DNA of 37,479 nucleotides, taken from a virus. Its lineage: Duplodnaviria; Caudoviricetes. The stretch is from positions 1 to 37,479 of IMG/VR virus record IMGVR_UViG_3300047279_000033. One strand, given 5' to 3'. Below the pieces are notes generated by a model, which worked only from the letters and a program-made list of their open reading frames with translations, was not told the DNA's origin and did not search any database. Each line of letters begins with the position of its first letter. Within the stretch, counting starts at the first letter, position 1. The position numbers and the translations under genes are program-made. Shown piece after piece: positions 23,420-32,428 of the stretch.

Positions 23420-23994
23420 GGTTTAAGACCGCTATTGAAAGCGGATATGCGCTTAACGTGGGCCAGAAAGTCACTAACAGCCATTCCTCGCTTCATCATG
23501 TTGCAAGGGGCACAGCAGGAAACCGTGTTGTCTGGGGTATAACCTTGTTCGTTATCTACGCGGTCGACGCCATTGTAACGAAACACCTCATCGCTGTAGC
23601 GGTGCCCCCAAGAATTACTAGGCAATGACCCACAATAATGGCAGTTGCTTGTAATCATTTCAAACCACTGGTCTATTGTAAGATCAAATGCGCGCCCCAT
23701 TCTTTTAGCGTTTTTCTTATAATGGTGCATCGTGTTGTTTTGGACGACTTCCCGTAATGGCTTACGAAAAGTTTTAGAAGCTATCTGCGCTTTATAATGA
23801 CCGCATGATTGCACTTTTGTATTGCGTAGTGTTGTTGAAAGAATAGGTTTCACTATACCGCATGAACACCGACACAACCATTGCAGCTTACTTTTGCCGC
23901 ATGGTAGTTTGTAATAGCCGTGGAATCCGAGAACTGTCAGCTCTCCAAATGTTTTGCCTGTAATGTCTTTGGCTCTTGAAGGAACTTGTTTCAT
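23416..23994 (-). CDS. His-Me finger (HNH-like) homing endonuclease
   Basis: DITGKTFGELTV...WLCRCSCG N-terminal domain; CHYCG...GVDRVDNEQGYTPDNTVSCCAPCN; markedly AT-rich. Confidence 0.85.
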   Translation of the reverse strand: MKQVPSRAKDITGKTFGELTVLGFHGYYKLPCGKSKLQWLCRCSCGIVKPILSTTLRNTKVQSCGHYKAQIASKTFRKPLREVVQNNTMHHYKKNAKRMGRAFDLTIDQWFEMITSNCHYCGSLPSNSWGHRYSDEVFRYNGVDRVDNEQGYTPDNTVSCCAPCNMMKRGMAVSDFLAHVKRISAFNSGLKP

Positions 23995-24001
23995 TTAAGA
24001 C

Positions 24002-24238
24002 TTATAGCTGACTTTTGCTTTTTGGGCAATCATCATTGCAGACACATTCATAAACTGAGTTGTGGGCTTCGATCTCTTTCACCGTCTCAGCGGTGTCGGT
24101 CTTGCTGTCGTAGCTGATCTGCTTGGCGATGCGGCAGTAGTCACCGACGAGCGCGGTCGAACCTGTCACGCAGCCGGTCAAGACGAGCGGGATCGTCAGC
24201 GTCCATAGCGACTTCAGCCTTGGCAACATTTGCATCAA
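24002..24238 (-). CDS. o-spanin (Rz1-like lipoprotein)
   Basis: Signal peptide with lipobox LTG-C; overlaps the 3' half of the i-spanin in another frame; exact start Met uncertain. Confidence 0.8.
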   Translation of the reverse strand: MMQMLPRLKSLWTLTIPLVLTGCVTGSTALVGDYCRIAKQISYDSKTDTAETVKEIEAHNSVYECVCNDDCPKSKSQL

Positions 24239-24344
24239 GTTGCTCCTGCGCGGCCTGACGCCCTTGCGCCTGCTGCTTGGCGTTTCCCCATTCGGTAAAC
24301 ACCCGGTCGAGCAGCGACAGCAAGAGCGTCAGAAGTTTGATCAC
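24141..24344 (-). CDS. i-spanin (Rz-like)
   Basis: N-terminal hydrophobic helix then a coiled coil; between holin and lipoprotein. Confidence 0.7.
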   Translation of the reverse strand: MIKLLTLLLSLLDRVFTEWGNAKQQAQGRQAAQEQLDANVAKAEVAMDADDPARLDRLRDRFDRARR

Positions 24345-24517
24345 GCCTCAGGCTTTTCCATCAAGAACACGGCGGCAAGCCCAGCCAGACCGGCAACCGC
24401 AGCGGAGATGGCTTCCCACTGCACGTCCGTCAGGCCCAGCGCCAGCGCGAGGCTGGCGACGCCGGCGTAGGTGCTAGGCTCTTTCAGCCGGCTGACAATC
24501 CAAGAAACCATCTTCAT
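24341..24517 (-). CDS. Holin
   Basis: 58 aa, RLKEPSTYAG then two hydrophobic segments; AAGGAG RBS; follows the endolysin. Confidence 0.75.
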   Translation of the reverse strand: MKMVSWIVSRLKEPSTYAGVASLALALGLTDVQWEAISAAVAGLAGLAAVFLMEKPEA

Positions 24518-24518
24518 A

Positions 24519-24911
24519 TCAATCTCCTTTGGGGTATTGCTTCCACGGTAGTTCCCAATGTGGGCCGTCCGCGAAACTTTCCCAATCACCACCCCAGGTG
24601 ATGGGGACATCTTCATGCTCCGCAGCGGCCTTCACGATCTTGGCCAGCCGGTGGTACAGCGGCCAGTCCCACGACACGGTGCTGCCGATCATCGGCGCCA
24701 GATCAACGGCGTGACCGGTCAGGTGCCGGGAGTTCAGCGTGCGGGTCGCGCCCTGCGCCAGCAACTGCTTCTGCCGGGGCAGCGTCCGCAGTCCCTCCAG
24801 CACAGTGAAGTCCAGACTCGACAGGGCAGCAGCGCGGCGAACGACGCGCACCAGGTCAGGGTGTACATCCTGCAAGCGGGCGATAGACCGGGGGCCAAGG
24901 GTGATGCTCAT
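24519..24911 (-). CDS. Endolysin, M15 family (L-Ala-D-Glu peptidase type)
   Basis: VHPDL, EGLRT, SRHLTGHAVD, WGGDW, DGPHWEL; start MSITL. Confidence 0.92.
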   Translation of the reverse strand: MSITLGPRSIARLQDVHPDLVRVVRRAAALSSLDFTVLEGLRTLPRQKQLLAQGATRTLNSRHLTGHAVDLAPMIGSTVSWDWPLYHRLAKIVKAAAEHEDVPITWGGDWESFADGPHWELPWKQYPKGD

Positions 24912-24970
24912 TGTGTAACGCCCATGATTTTTCCATACCGGAAGGTATAATACCACAGAAGGTCAATCAT
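24908..24970 (-). CDS. 20-aa coupled micro-ORF
   Basis: MIDLLWYYTFRYGKIMGVTQ; ATGA overlaps at both ends. Confidence 0.5.
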   Translation of the reverse strand: MIDLLWYYTFRYGKIMGVTQ

Positions 24971-26013
24971 AACCCAGCCTTTTTGCGCTTGTACGTCAGG
25001 AAGGCTGCGCCTTCTTGCACGTCCTCGAACACGCTGACCGCCGGGGCAGCGCCGTCGCGGGGCGTGATGACCGTGACCACTGACTGCCCGCTGCGCTGTT
25101 CTGCAAACTGGCCCTTGAGCGCGTAGTCGTCGGACTCCTTGTAGCCCTTGGCGCGCACCAGCGTGTAGCGCCGCCCGCCGGCAAACTCGCCTTGGCCGGT
25201 GCCAAACGTGTGCCGGTGGAACGCGGCGTAGATGTCGGCGTGTTCGTCGATCATCGCCGCCCGCTTCAGGCCGTGCAGCTCGTTGTACATCGAGTGGCCC
25301 TTGAAGTCGTGCCGCGCCCAGACGCGGGTGATGCCGCCGCACGGCGAGACGAGTTGCAGCTTGGCGTCCCAGTCGCGCATCAGGATGCGTTCGGTGTTCA
25401 TACCGTCGAATATGCGTTTGCCGTAGTTCCACGTGTCATGGTTGCCCAGAATCCACATCAACCAATCAACGCCCAGATGCTTTAGCGCCCACTCGACTAG
25501 TTCCCAGCCTTCTGACACCGTGGCGGATTGTTCGCCGTACAGGCGCTCCAACTTGCCCACCCAGTTGTTGATGCTATCCCCGCCGTTGGCGCCGTACAGC
25601 CCTTGGGTTTCAGCACAGATGGTGGCGTCACGCTCGAAGCCGACCAGATCGCAATATGGATCGTCAAGGTGCGGATCGCCGAACCAGCAGATGGCGTATG
25701 GCCCTTTGATCGGTATCCGCACGGTCTGCCAGGCTTGCGCCTGCGCGTGTGCGATCCGCAGCGCGTTGCGCTTCTTCATCAGCGCCAGCCGCTCTGCGAA
25801 CGGCAGATCAAACGGCGGCAGTGGGTCTGCCTTGGGCGTGTCAAACGATAGAACAGCGGCTGTCCGCGCCACATGACGGCGGCAGGCGTTCTGCACAGCC
25901 GCCCGGCTCATCCCCAAGGCGAGGGCGGCCATGTTCTGACTACCATGCTCGACCGCAGCCGCCGCTATTTTAGCATCTTGTTCTGGGTCAACGTCGAACT
26001 GATTGACTGCCAT
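24967..26013 (-). CDS. Calcineurin-like metallophosphoesterase with N-terminal HTH
   Basis: GDPH, GGDSINN, GNHD, RH and FHRH motifs; HGSQNMAALALGMSRAAVQ HTH. Confidence 0.85.
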   Translation of the reverse strand: MAVNQFDVDPEQDAKIAAAAVEHGSQNMAALALGMSRAAVQNACRRHVARTAAVLSFDTPKADPLPPFDLPFAERLALMKKRNALRIAHAQAQAWQTVRIPIKGPYAICWFGDPHLDDPYCDLVGFERDATICAETQGLYGANGGDSINNWVGKLERLYGEQSATVSEGWELVEWALKHLGVDWLMWILGNHDTWNYGKRIFDGMNTERILMRDWDAKLQLVSPCGGITRVWARHDFKGHSMYNELHGLKRAAMIDEHADIYAAFHRHTFGTGQGEFAGGRRYTLVRAKGYKESDDYALKGQFAEQRSGQSVVTVITPRDGAAPAVSVFEDVQEGAAFLTYKRKKAGL

Positions 26014-26049
26014 AAGTCACCCTCAAAGCAGTCTTTCAGACCGCGGCGG

Positions 26050-26217
26050 TTAGCTGATCTTCATTACGATAGTGACCAGCAGCATGATGATTGTGCCGGC
26101 CACGCCCACGCCGATATTCTCCAAGCGTTTTAGGCGGGCGCTGATACCTTCATAGCGCAGAGCGCACACTTCCTCATGCGTGTTCAGCCGCGCTTCGGTC
26201 TGGTCGATGGTCGTCAC
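26050..26217 (-). CDS. 55-aa coiled-coil plus C-terminal TM protein (not in ORF track)
   Basis: GTG start; MTTIDQTEARLNTHEEVCALRYEGISARLKRLENIGVGVAGTIIMLLVTIVMKIS; GAGG RBS. Confidence 0.7.
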   Translation of the reverse strand: MTTIDQTEARLNTHEEVCALRYEGISARLKRLENIGVGVAGTIIMLLVTIVMKIS

Positions 26218-26218
26218 G

Positions 26219-27841
26219 TCAGCGCCTCACTGATTGTTCTGGTTGGCCATTGCGTTGCGCGCGGTCTTGCGCCATCACGTTCTGCTGCGCGACAGGAGAC
26301 AGAACGTAGAAGCCTGGGCCGCCGGGCTTCACGCCGCTGGCGCTGACCAGCGCGCGGTTCGCTTGGGTACGCGACATTTTGTTCGCAACGCCTCGCGCGG
26401 TAGCGCCAGCAGCTTGCGTTGCCAGCAGCCCCGCTGCGGTTTCTGGCGAGTAAGACGCGCCGATCCCTACGAAGGGCAGTTGCCCACCGAATACGCGGGC
26501 GCTGGGAGCCAAACGGCCCAGCCCCGACAAAACGCTTTGCGTGACCGTGCCGTTGGCAACCTTTTTGATCAGCTCCTGCGTTGGTTTATCAAACTTCGAC
26601 ATCTTACGGTCGTTCTTGGCTATGCGGCCAAACTCGTCCCGCAGCGCCCGCGAAAACGACTTCGTGCTGTCCGCTTGGCTAGAAGTTCTGTTGGCGGCGT
26701 CAAAAGCGTTCTCCAGCGTCTCCGTCTGGTACGCCGTTGACCGGACGCCGCGGGCTTGCTTGAGAAACGCATCGGCGGCGGCGGCGTCGCCCGACGTTGT
26801 CTGCGCCGGCGTCAGGTTGCTCATGAAGTCGTCGATGACATCATCCAGCGCCTTAACCATAGCGCGTTGTTCGGCGGTGCCGCTCTTGCCACCCGCTTCG
26901 CTGTACGGAAGATCGCGGATCGAACGCCTGAACTTTTCCAACATATCAAATGATATGGGTTTGCCGGATTTTTTACCGAACAAATCCAACGCTTTGTTGA
27001 CCAGCGTGTCGGTGTCTGGGTCGTATTTTAGGCTTTGCAATTTTGAAAGCGCAGCGGATTGCAGATCAGCCATCGCGGTCGGTGCGACGTTGACGTTCGC
27101 CGCTTCCATCTGTTTGTAGAGATTAGAAGATTTGTCTTTTAGTTGGCTGGCCGGAATAGCCTTGGGCGCGGGCGTAGCCGCCTTGAACCCTACGCCGCCA
27201 CCCGCCAGACCCAGACCCAGCAGCGCCGCCGGGTTTGTCACGTCAAGGAAGTTTGTTGCAATCGACGGTGCGCCTGCCGCGCCCGCACCCGCCGCAGCCT
27301 GACCGCGGATGTTCTGGCCCATAGCACGCATGAAGTTCTTGGCTTGGGGTGATGTCGCTTTGCTGGCCAAAGTCTGAAAAGCCTTGGCTTGTCCGCCGCC
27401 CGACGCTGCACCGGACAGAACATCGCTAAACACCTGTTCGCCTGGCGTCTCCGGTGCGCGGGTTGCGCCGATGCTTTGGTATCCCTGCTGCATGGCTTCA
27501 GATGGTAGCGAGACGCGCTGGCCGCCGAACAGCGGCGCAGCAAGGTTGTAGGCGCTTGTGCCAAGATCACCGAGGCCCAAGGCCAGCACACCGCCCGCAG
27601 CACCTGGCACAGCGCCGACACCGGCGAAAGGCGCGCCCGCCATCGCGCCCATGCCCGCGGCAGTCGCGTAGGGCAGCAGCGCGTTGGCGGCAACGCCGGC
27701 CACTTGCGTGGCTTTATCCATGCCCGTGCGCGGGGCTTTGGTGCGCGGCATTGCCTTCTCAACAACGCCCAGCCCAGCATACGGGTCTGCGCCGCCCTGT
27801 TCGTAAGTGCCTAGCCCGGCGTAAGGATCGTTCTGTTTCAT
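26219..27841 (-). CDS. Internal virion/ejection protein 3
   Basis: Gly/Ala-rich hydrophobic stretches and helical body; ATGA-coupled start MKQNDPYAGL. Confidence 0.65.
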   Translation of the reverse strand: MKQNDPYAGLGTYEQGGADPYAGLGVVEKAMPRTKAPRTGMDKATQVAGVAANALLPYATAAGMGAMAGAPFAGVGAVPGAAGGVLALGLGDLGTSAYNLAAPLFGGQRVSLPSEAMQQGYQSIGATRAPETPGEQVFSDVLSGAASGGGQAKAFQTLASKATSPQAKNFMRAMGQNIRGQAAAGAGAAGAPSIATNFLDVTNPAALLGLGLAGGGVGFKAATPAPKAIPASQLKDKSSNLYKQMEAANVNVAPTAMADLQSAALSKLQSLKYDPDTDTLVNKALDLFGKKSGKPISFDMLEKFRRSIRDLPYSEAGGKSGTAEQRAMVKALDDVIDDFMSNLTPAQTTSGDAAAADAFLKQARGVRSTAYQTETLENAFDAANRTSSQADSTKSFSRALRDEFGRIAKNDRKMSKFDKPTQELIKKVANGTVTQSVLSGLGRLAPSARVFGGQLPFVGIGASYSPETAAGLLATQAAGATARGVANKMSRTQANRALVSASGVKPGGPGFYVLSPVAQQNVMAQDRAQRNGQPEQSVRR

Positions 27842-29532
27842 GGCCGGGTCATGACCTCCCCGTTGTCCGCGCGTCTCCAACGCTTGATGCTAGGATCAGC
27901 ACGCACCTGATCCGGCGTCAAAGTTGGAATCACCGGCGTCTGGCGACCGGCAGACGCAGTAGGTGTCTTAGGCTCCATGCCCGCGCCGCGCAGAAGGATC
28001 GGCAAAACCACGTTTTGCCAAGCAGCCAATCGAACGTTAGCGGGTGTGTTTCCGTTGGCAATATCCGCCATGGTGTCCGAAACCAACTGAACATCTCTAT
28101 CTGAAACCGCGGAACCCAATTTTCCTCTCAATTTTTCAAACGTCATATTTTTTTCTATGCCGCGCAACTGTTGCAGCGCCACACGCCCCGGCGTACCTTT
28201 ACCAGTTGCAGCGCCCATGATCTCGGAACCAATCATCTCCACCGCGCCGCTGGTGGACGCTTCGATCAGTTCTTCTACGCGGCTTTTGCCTGTTTTGGCG
28301 TTGTATCCGATAATTGGTAGGACAAGAGCCGCTGTTTTTCTGCGCGCGGCTTCTGCAACCGTTTGGCCGCCAGCAGGCGCCGCTGCGGCAACAGGTGTGC
28401 GCGCCACAGAAGCTGCCCGACCCATGCCCGGCCCCGTCTCGACATGAACGATGTTTTTGTTTTTCTCCAGCACCACATCGTAACCCTGCGCCTTAAGCGG
28501 CGACAGGTTCTTGAACAGATCGTCAACCGACTGCCCAGCAGCCGGCCTGAAATCGCGGGCGTTGTCGGACATATGAAGGCTGTTCGGAACGCCGCCGACT
28601 TCAGCGTTGCGTTCTGGCGTGCGTGCGCGCCCAGTGACAACAACACCGGGGTTAAGTTGGCCTACCAACTGTTCGATCTGCGGGCCTCGCGCTGTAGCCA
28701 TAGGTGCAGGGGCAGCCGCAGGACGGGGAGCGGCAATCGCGGCATTTACGGCGCGGGGGCCTGGCAGGCCCTCAGTCGTAGCAAGCGCGGCTGCGTTCTG
28801 AATAGCGTAAGGCGACACAACGCCGGTATCCGTCCGCGTGATTGTGCGCGGCTGCGGAACCAGCCCCGCCCGCGCATCACCCATTGTAGCTTCGCTGGCC
28901 ACGCCCGTAACCGGGTTGACGTTATACAGCGTGCTATCAACAACTTGCGGACTCATTTTGATTGGTTCTGGCGAAGCCGTGATCCGAAACAACTCGCTGC
29001 CAAAAGTAGGTGAGTTTGCGTTGTCGTCGATAAAGACTTTTGCATCACCGACTTGCTCGGCTTTTATATTAGGCGCGACATATTTAAGCGCGTTTCTTGC
29101 GCTTTCTGACCCCGCGATAAACTCCAACGCAAACACCTTGCGTTGGTTTGCGTCGGGCATTTTTGAAAGTTGCCCCATAACGCCTTCATATTCGGCGGGG
29201 TTCATACCAAGTGACTTAAACGTATCAATCGTTTGCGCCAAACCGTTGTCGCTTGGATCGCGAAGAAGACCTATCAAACCGTTACCAATCGCTCCCGCCC
29301 GCACTTTGGCTCGTTCTTGATCGTCAGCGACAATCTGACGTGCTTCGCCCCGCGCGGCGCGGCCTTCAGCCGCACGTTGAATTTCCATCGTCTGTTGCGC
29401 TATTGCCGCCTGACGTTCAGCAGCGCGCTGCTGCGACATCATATTGATCATCTGCGCGCCCTGCTGGATCGCAGGCGCCAAGAAGTTGCCTTGCGGTGCG
29501 CGGGCCTGAAGGGCGATTGCTTGGTTAGCCAT
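27838..29532 (-). CDS. Internal virion/ejection protein 2 with M15-type peptidase domain
   Basis: 564 aa; VTGRARTPERNAEVGGVPNSLHMSDNARD...HVE. Confidence 0.75.
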   Translation of the reverse strand: MANQAIALQARAPQGNFLAPAIQQGAQMINMMSQQRAAERQAAIAQQTMEIQRAAEGRAARGEARQIVADDQERAKVRAGAIGNGLIGLLRDPSDNGLAQTIDTFKSLGMNPAEYEGVMGQLSKMPDANQRKVFALEFIAGSESARNALKYVAPNIKAEQVGDAKVFIDDNANSPTFGSELFRITASPEPIKMSPQVVDSTLYNVNPVTGVASEATMGDARAGLVPQPRTITRTDTGVVSPYAIQNAAALATTEGLPGPRAVNAAIAAPRPAAAPAPMATARGPQIEQLVGQLNPGVVVTGRARTPERNAEVGGVPNSLHMSDNARDFRPAAGQSVDDLFKNLSPLKAQGYDVVLEKNKNIVHVETGPGMGRAASVARTPVAAAAPAGGQTVAEAARRKTAALVLPIIGYNAKTGKSRVEELIEASTSGAVEMIGSEIMGAATGKGTPGRVALQQLRGIEKNMTFEKLRGKLGSAVSDRDVQLVSDTMADIANGNTPANVRLAAWQNVVLPILLRGAGMEPKTPTASAGRQTPVIPTLTPDQVRADPSIKRWRRADNGEVMTRP

Positions 29533-29541
29533 TGTCCGTCC

Positions 29542-30339
29542 TTAGTTACCGTTCAAATACCCGCTGATAGTCATGGGGGATTCTTGGCGAGACATGAAGT
29601 TGTTGATCGGGCCGCCGGGCGCGCGACCGCCGGGCAGCCCTTGGTTGTAATAGTTCATCTGCGCTTGCATCAGCGGGTACGACGCCGCCGCCTGACCGAT
29701 GCTGCTCAGTGCGCCGCCCAGTGCGTTAGCCTGACCGACGTAGCCAGACGCGCGGGCTTGCCCGGCATTCATCAGGTTAGCCTGTTCGTTCTGGCTTGAT
29801 TGACCGATATTGCCGGTCATCACGTTGGTTGCCGACTGGCCGGAACCCATTAGCGACTGAAGCGGGTTCAGACGTGCGCTGCGCTCGATCTGGTAGCGGT
29901 TGAAAGCGTTGCCGTATTCTTGGCTGGCCGATTCCTGCCCGAACCGCTGAATGCCCTTCAGCGTGGGGCCTGACTGCAATAGACCACGGGCTGCGGCTGA
30001 CCGCTCTAGCGCCTTCATGCCCTCCGACTGGCGGAAGGCGTAGCCTGGGTCTTGCTCAAAATCAGACATGCCAAACGGCTTGGCCAGACTGCCGTAGCCT
30101 TCTGCCGACGCATCGCCGCCGATCCCCAGCAACTGCATGATCTGCTCTTGCGCGGTCAGACCACCTTGGCGGAACGGTTCTTGCAGCCCGATCTGGCGCT
30201 CCAGCATCCGTTCGTTGGATGCCTGCGCGTCACGCGCCGCCTGCTCCTGCGCGCGGGCAGCCTTCTTGGCCCCGCCGCCGGCGATTGCGCCGCTACCGAG
30301 CGCGGCGGCTCCTGCGATAAGGGCGGAGGCAACAGCCAT
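29542..30339 (-). CDS. Ejection/DNA transfer protein 1
   Basis: Hydrophobic Gly/Ala N-terminus and DPGYAFR...ERSAAARG...SG motif; first of three ejection genes. Confidence 0.75.
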   Translation of the reverse strand: MAVASALIAGAAALGSGAIAGGGAKKAARAQEQAARDAQASNERMLERQIGLQEPFRQGGLTAQEQIMQLLGIGGDASAEGYGSLAKPFGMSDFEQDPGYAFRQSEGMKALERSAAARGLLQSGPTLKGIQRFGQESASQEYGNAFNRYQIERSARLNPLQSLMGSGQSATNVMTGNIGQSSQNEQANLMNAGQARASGYVGQANALGGALSSIGQAAASYPLMQAQMNYYNQGLPGGRAPGGPINNFMSRQESPMTISGYLNGN

Positions 30340-30803
30340 TACACCAATCCTTTTATAAATGTGCGCTCCATCGGGCGGAAACCGGATCGAGCGTACATTT
30401 TTGCCATGCGTTCGACATTCACATCATGCAACGCTATCATAAATACCGCAACCGCGCCATTTTCGACAGCCCAATTTTCGATGTGCTTGTACATACTCTG
30501 CGCCGCCCCGCTACCACGGGACTTCGGCGCCAGCCACCACCACATCTCCTGCACGACAAAACTGCCAGGGCTGAAGTACATGGGGTACAGCGCCGCCCCG
30601 GCGATGCCGACAGGCACGCCATCAACTTCCGCCAGCAGCACCAAGAAATTGTCTTTGTCGATCAAGTTTGACAAGAACGCCGCGGTGCCGTCTGGGTCAA
30701 ACGGAATGATGCCACTTGCCGGCATGTTGGCGTGGAACGCCGCCGCCATCTCGACGTAAGCCGGTAGGTCTTCCTCGACCATAGGGCGGACTACAGTAGC
30801 CAT
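30339..30803 (-). CDS. GNAT family acetyltransferase
   Basis: VVRPM, WWLAPKSRGSGAA acetyl-CoA motif, MYARSGF. Confidence 0.85.
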   Translation of the reverse strand: MATVVRPMVEEDLPAYVEMAAAFHANMPASGIIPFDPDGTAAFLSNLIDKDNFLVLLAEVDGVPVGIAGAALYPMYFSPGSFVVQEMWWWLAPKSRGSGAAQSMYKHIENWAVENGAVAVFMIALHDVNVERMAKMYARSGFRPMERTFIKGLV

Positions 30804-31138
30804 CAGCTAATCTCACGTCCTGACGCGCGGATGTTAATCGTCAGCGGCGCGGACGCCAGCGTCGAGATGAACCCGTTCGAGTTCAATATGTGGCCGACCA
30901 GTTCCGGGAACGTGTAGGTTTCGGACGGCTGGAGCGTCTTGGTCTTCACGATCAGGTTCTGCGTGCCAGATGTGTCGGCTGCCGTCACCAGGTTGACGCT
31001 GATAGACGCCGCAGCAGCGCCGTAGTTGGTGGCCGTGAACTTGTCGATGATCGTCGTCACGTTGGTCGCAGTGTACTGCGTGGACTGCGTGTCTTCGGCG
31101 ACCTTGGCCGGGATCAGGGCTTTGGCGGTAACAGACAT
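30803..31138 (-). CDS. Small virion structural protein
   Basis: 111 aa beta-rich; in the tail module; coupled to the GNAT gene. Confidence 0.65.
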   Translation of the reverse strand: MSVTAKALIPAKVAEDTQSTQYTATNVTTIIDKFTATNYGAAAASISVNLVTAADTSGTQNLIVKTKTLQPSETYTFPELVGHILNSNGFISTLASAPLTINIRASGREIS

Positions 31139-31147
31139 GGCCTATCC

Positions 31148-31573
31148 TTATACTGCTTCGGCGGCTAATTCGATGTCCGCCGACGCCAAAATGGTGGTGG
31201 TGCCAACGCGCCGGATGCCGACATTGAGCGTTGCATATAGAAGGGAGGTGGTGCTGACCAGCCAAGCGCGTGTCGTTGACAGCGCCAGCCAAGTGTCGGT
31301 AGCCGAACTGCCGCCGCTCAACGACCCTGACACCAGGCTGGCGTATACTTCGTAGTTGGCTGCTTGGCCCGCTGGGACGCACCAAGCGTACAACAGTGTG
31401 GCCAACCCACCGTTGACGATCTCAAACGCATTGCCGCTGCTGTTAAGCTGGTACTGCGCCGACGCGGTGCTACTAATGTTGATTCCCGTAATCGTTGCAG
31501 GGTTGACCGTGATGGTCACGGCAGACGCCGCCCCACCCGACGTGCCCAGAAAGGACAGTACCGCGCCGCTCAT
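31148..31573 (-). CDS. Putative fibre-tip/receptor-binding protein
   Basis: Start MSGAVLSFLG is TGATG-coupled to the upstream fibre gene; beta-rich. Confidence 0.6.
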   Translation of the reverse strand: MSGAVLSFLGTSGGAASAVTITVNPATITGINISSTASAQYQLNSSGNAFEIVNGGLATLLYAWCVPAGQAANYEVYASLVSGSLSGGSSATDTWLALSTTRAWLVSTTSLLYATLNVGIRRVGTTTILASADIELAAEAV

Positions 31574-32427
31574 CAGGACAGCCCCGCCCCGGTGATAGCC
31601 CATACGTTTGATGCAACCTTTATACACGTTGCCAAGCCGTAGTTGGCCAACGTCCGCGGGCCGGTGTTGGTTGTGCCAGCCTGCTGTAGTGTGTCGGTCG
31701 TGATGGCAATGGTCTGGCTGCTGCCGCTGTTGTTGTAGATGACGACCGTTGCGCCAATCGGGAACGCCGCTGCGCTGTTGGCCGGGATCGTGATGCCACC
31801 GGTGGTGATCGAGATGTGTTTGCCGTTGTCGGTCAGCGCCAGTTGATAGGCTGCCGTCTGGGCGTTCTGCGGTGCGCCGCGGTAGCCGATACTCTCAGCG
31901 CCGACCGTGCCGGTAGCCACAAGCGCCACATCCTGCTTCAGCGACGTGATGTCGTCGTTGGCGCCTGACCTTGCCGCGCCCAGGGCGGTGCGCGCGTTGG
32001 CAGCCGTGGTTGATCCTGTGCCACCGTTGACGACTGCAACGACGCCGGTGACGTTGGACGCGGTGCCGGTGGTGTTGCCGTTGAAGGTCACGCCCGACCC
32101 GATGGTGCCGCCGGTGATGGCCACGGCGTTGGCGTTCTGGAACGCCAGCGACCCAATCGTGGCAATGTTGTCCACCGTCCAGATCAAAGCGTCAGCCGAA
32201 TCGGCCAGCACAACCTTGTACGAGGTGCCGGTGGTGTACCAGATGTTGGCCTCGCCGCGGGAGTCCAAGATCACCGGGTTGGTGTTGGCCACCGTGCCAG
32301 CGCCGGTTGTGTAGGTCGCCAGCGGCGTGGTCGTGCCGGCGGCGTAGGTATAAACCTTGCCACCGACCAACGGCGCACCAGAGGCGTCCAGAAACTGCGC
32401 TTTGGGTGAAGGGGAAAGGACGGTCAT
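31573..32427 (-). CDS. Tail fibre/spike with P22 tailspike-like head-binding N-terminus
   Basis: QFLDASGAPLVGGKVYTYAAGTTTP...NPVILDSRGEA; GGTGSTTAANARTALG fibre motif. Confidence 0.75.
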   Translation of the reverse strand: MTVLSPSPKAQFLDASGAPLVGGKVYTYAAGTTTPLATYTTGAGTVANTNPVILDSRGEANIWYTTGTSYKVVLADSADALIWTVDNIATIGSLAFQNANAVAITGGTIGSGVTFNGNTTGTASNVTGVVAVVNGGTGSTTAANARTALGAARSGANDDITSLKQDVALVATGTVGAESIGYRGAPQNAQTAAYQLALTDNGKHISITTGGITIPANSAAAFPIGATVVIYNNSGSSQTIAITTDTLQQAGTTNTGPRTLANYGLATCIKVASNVWAITGAGLS

Positions 32428-32428
32428 G

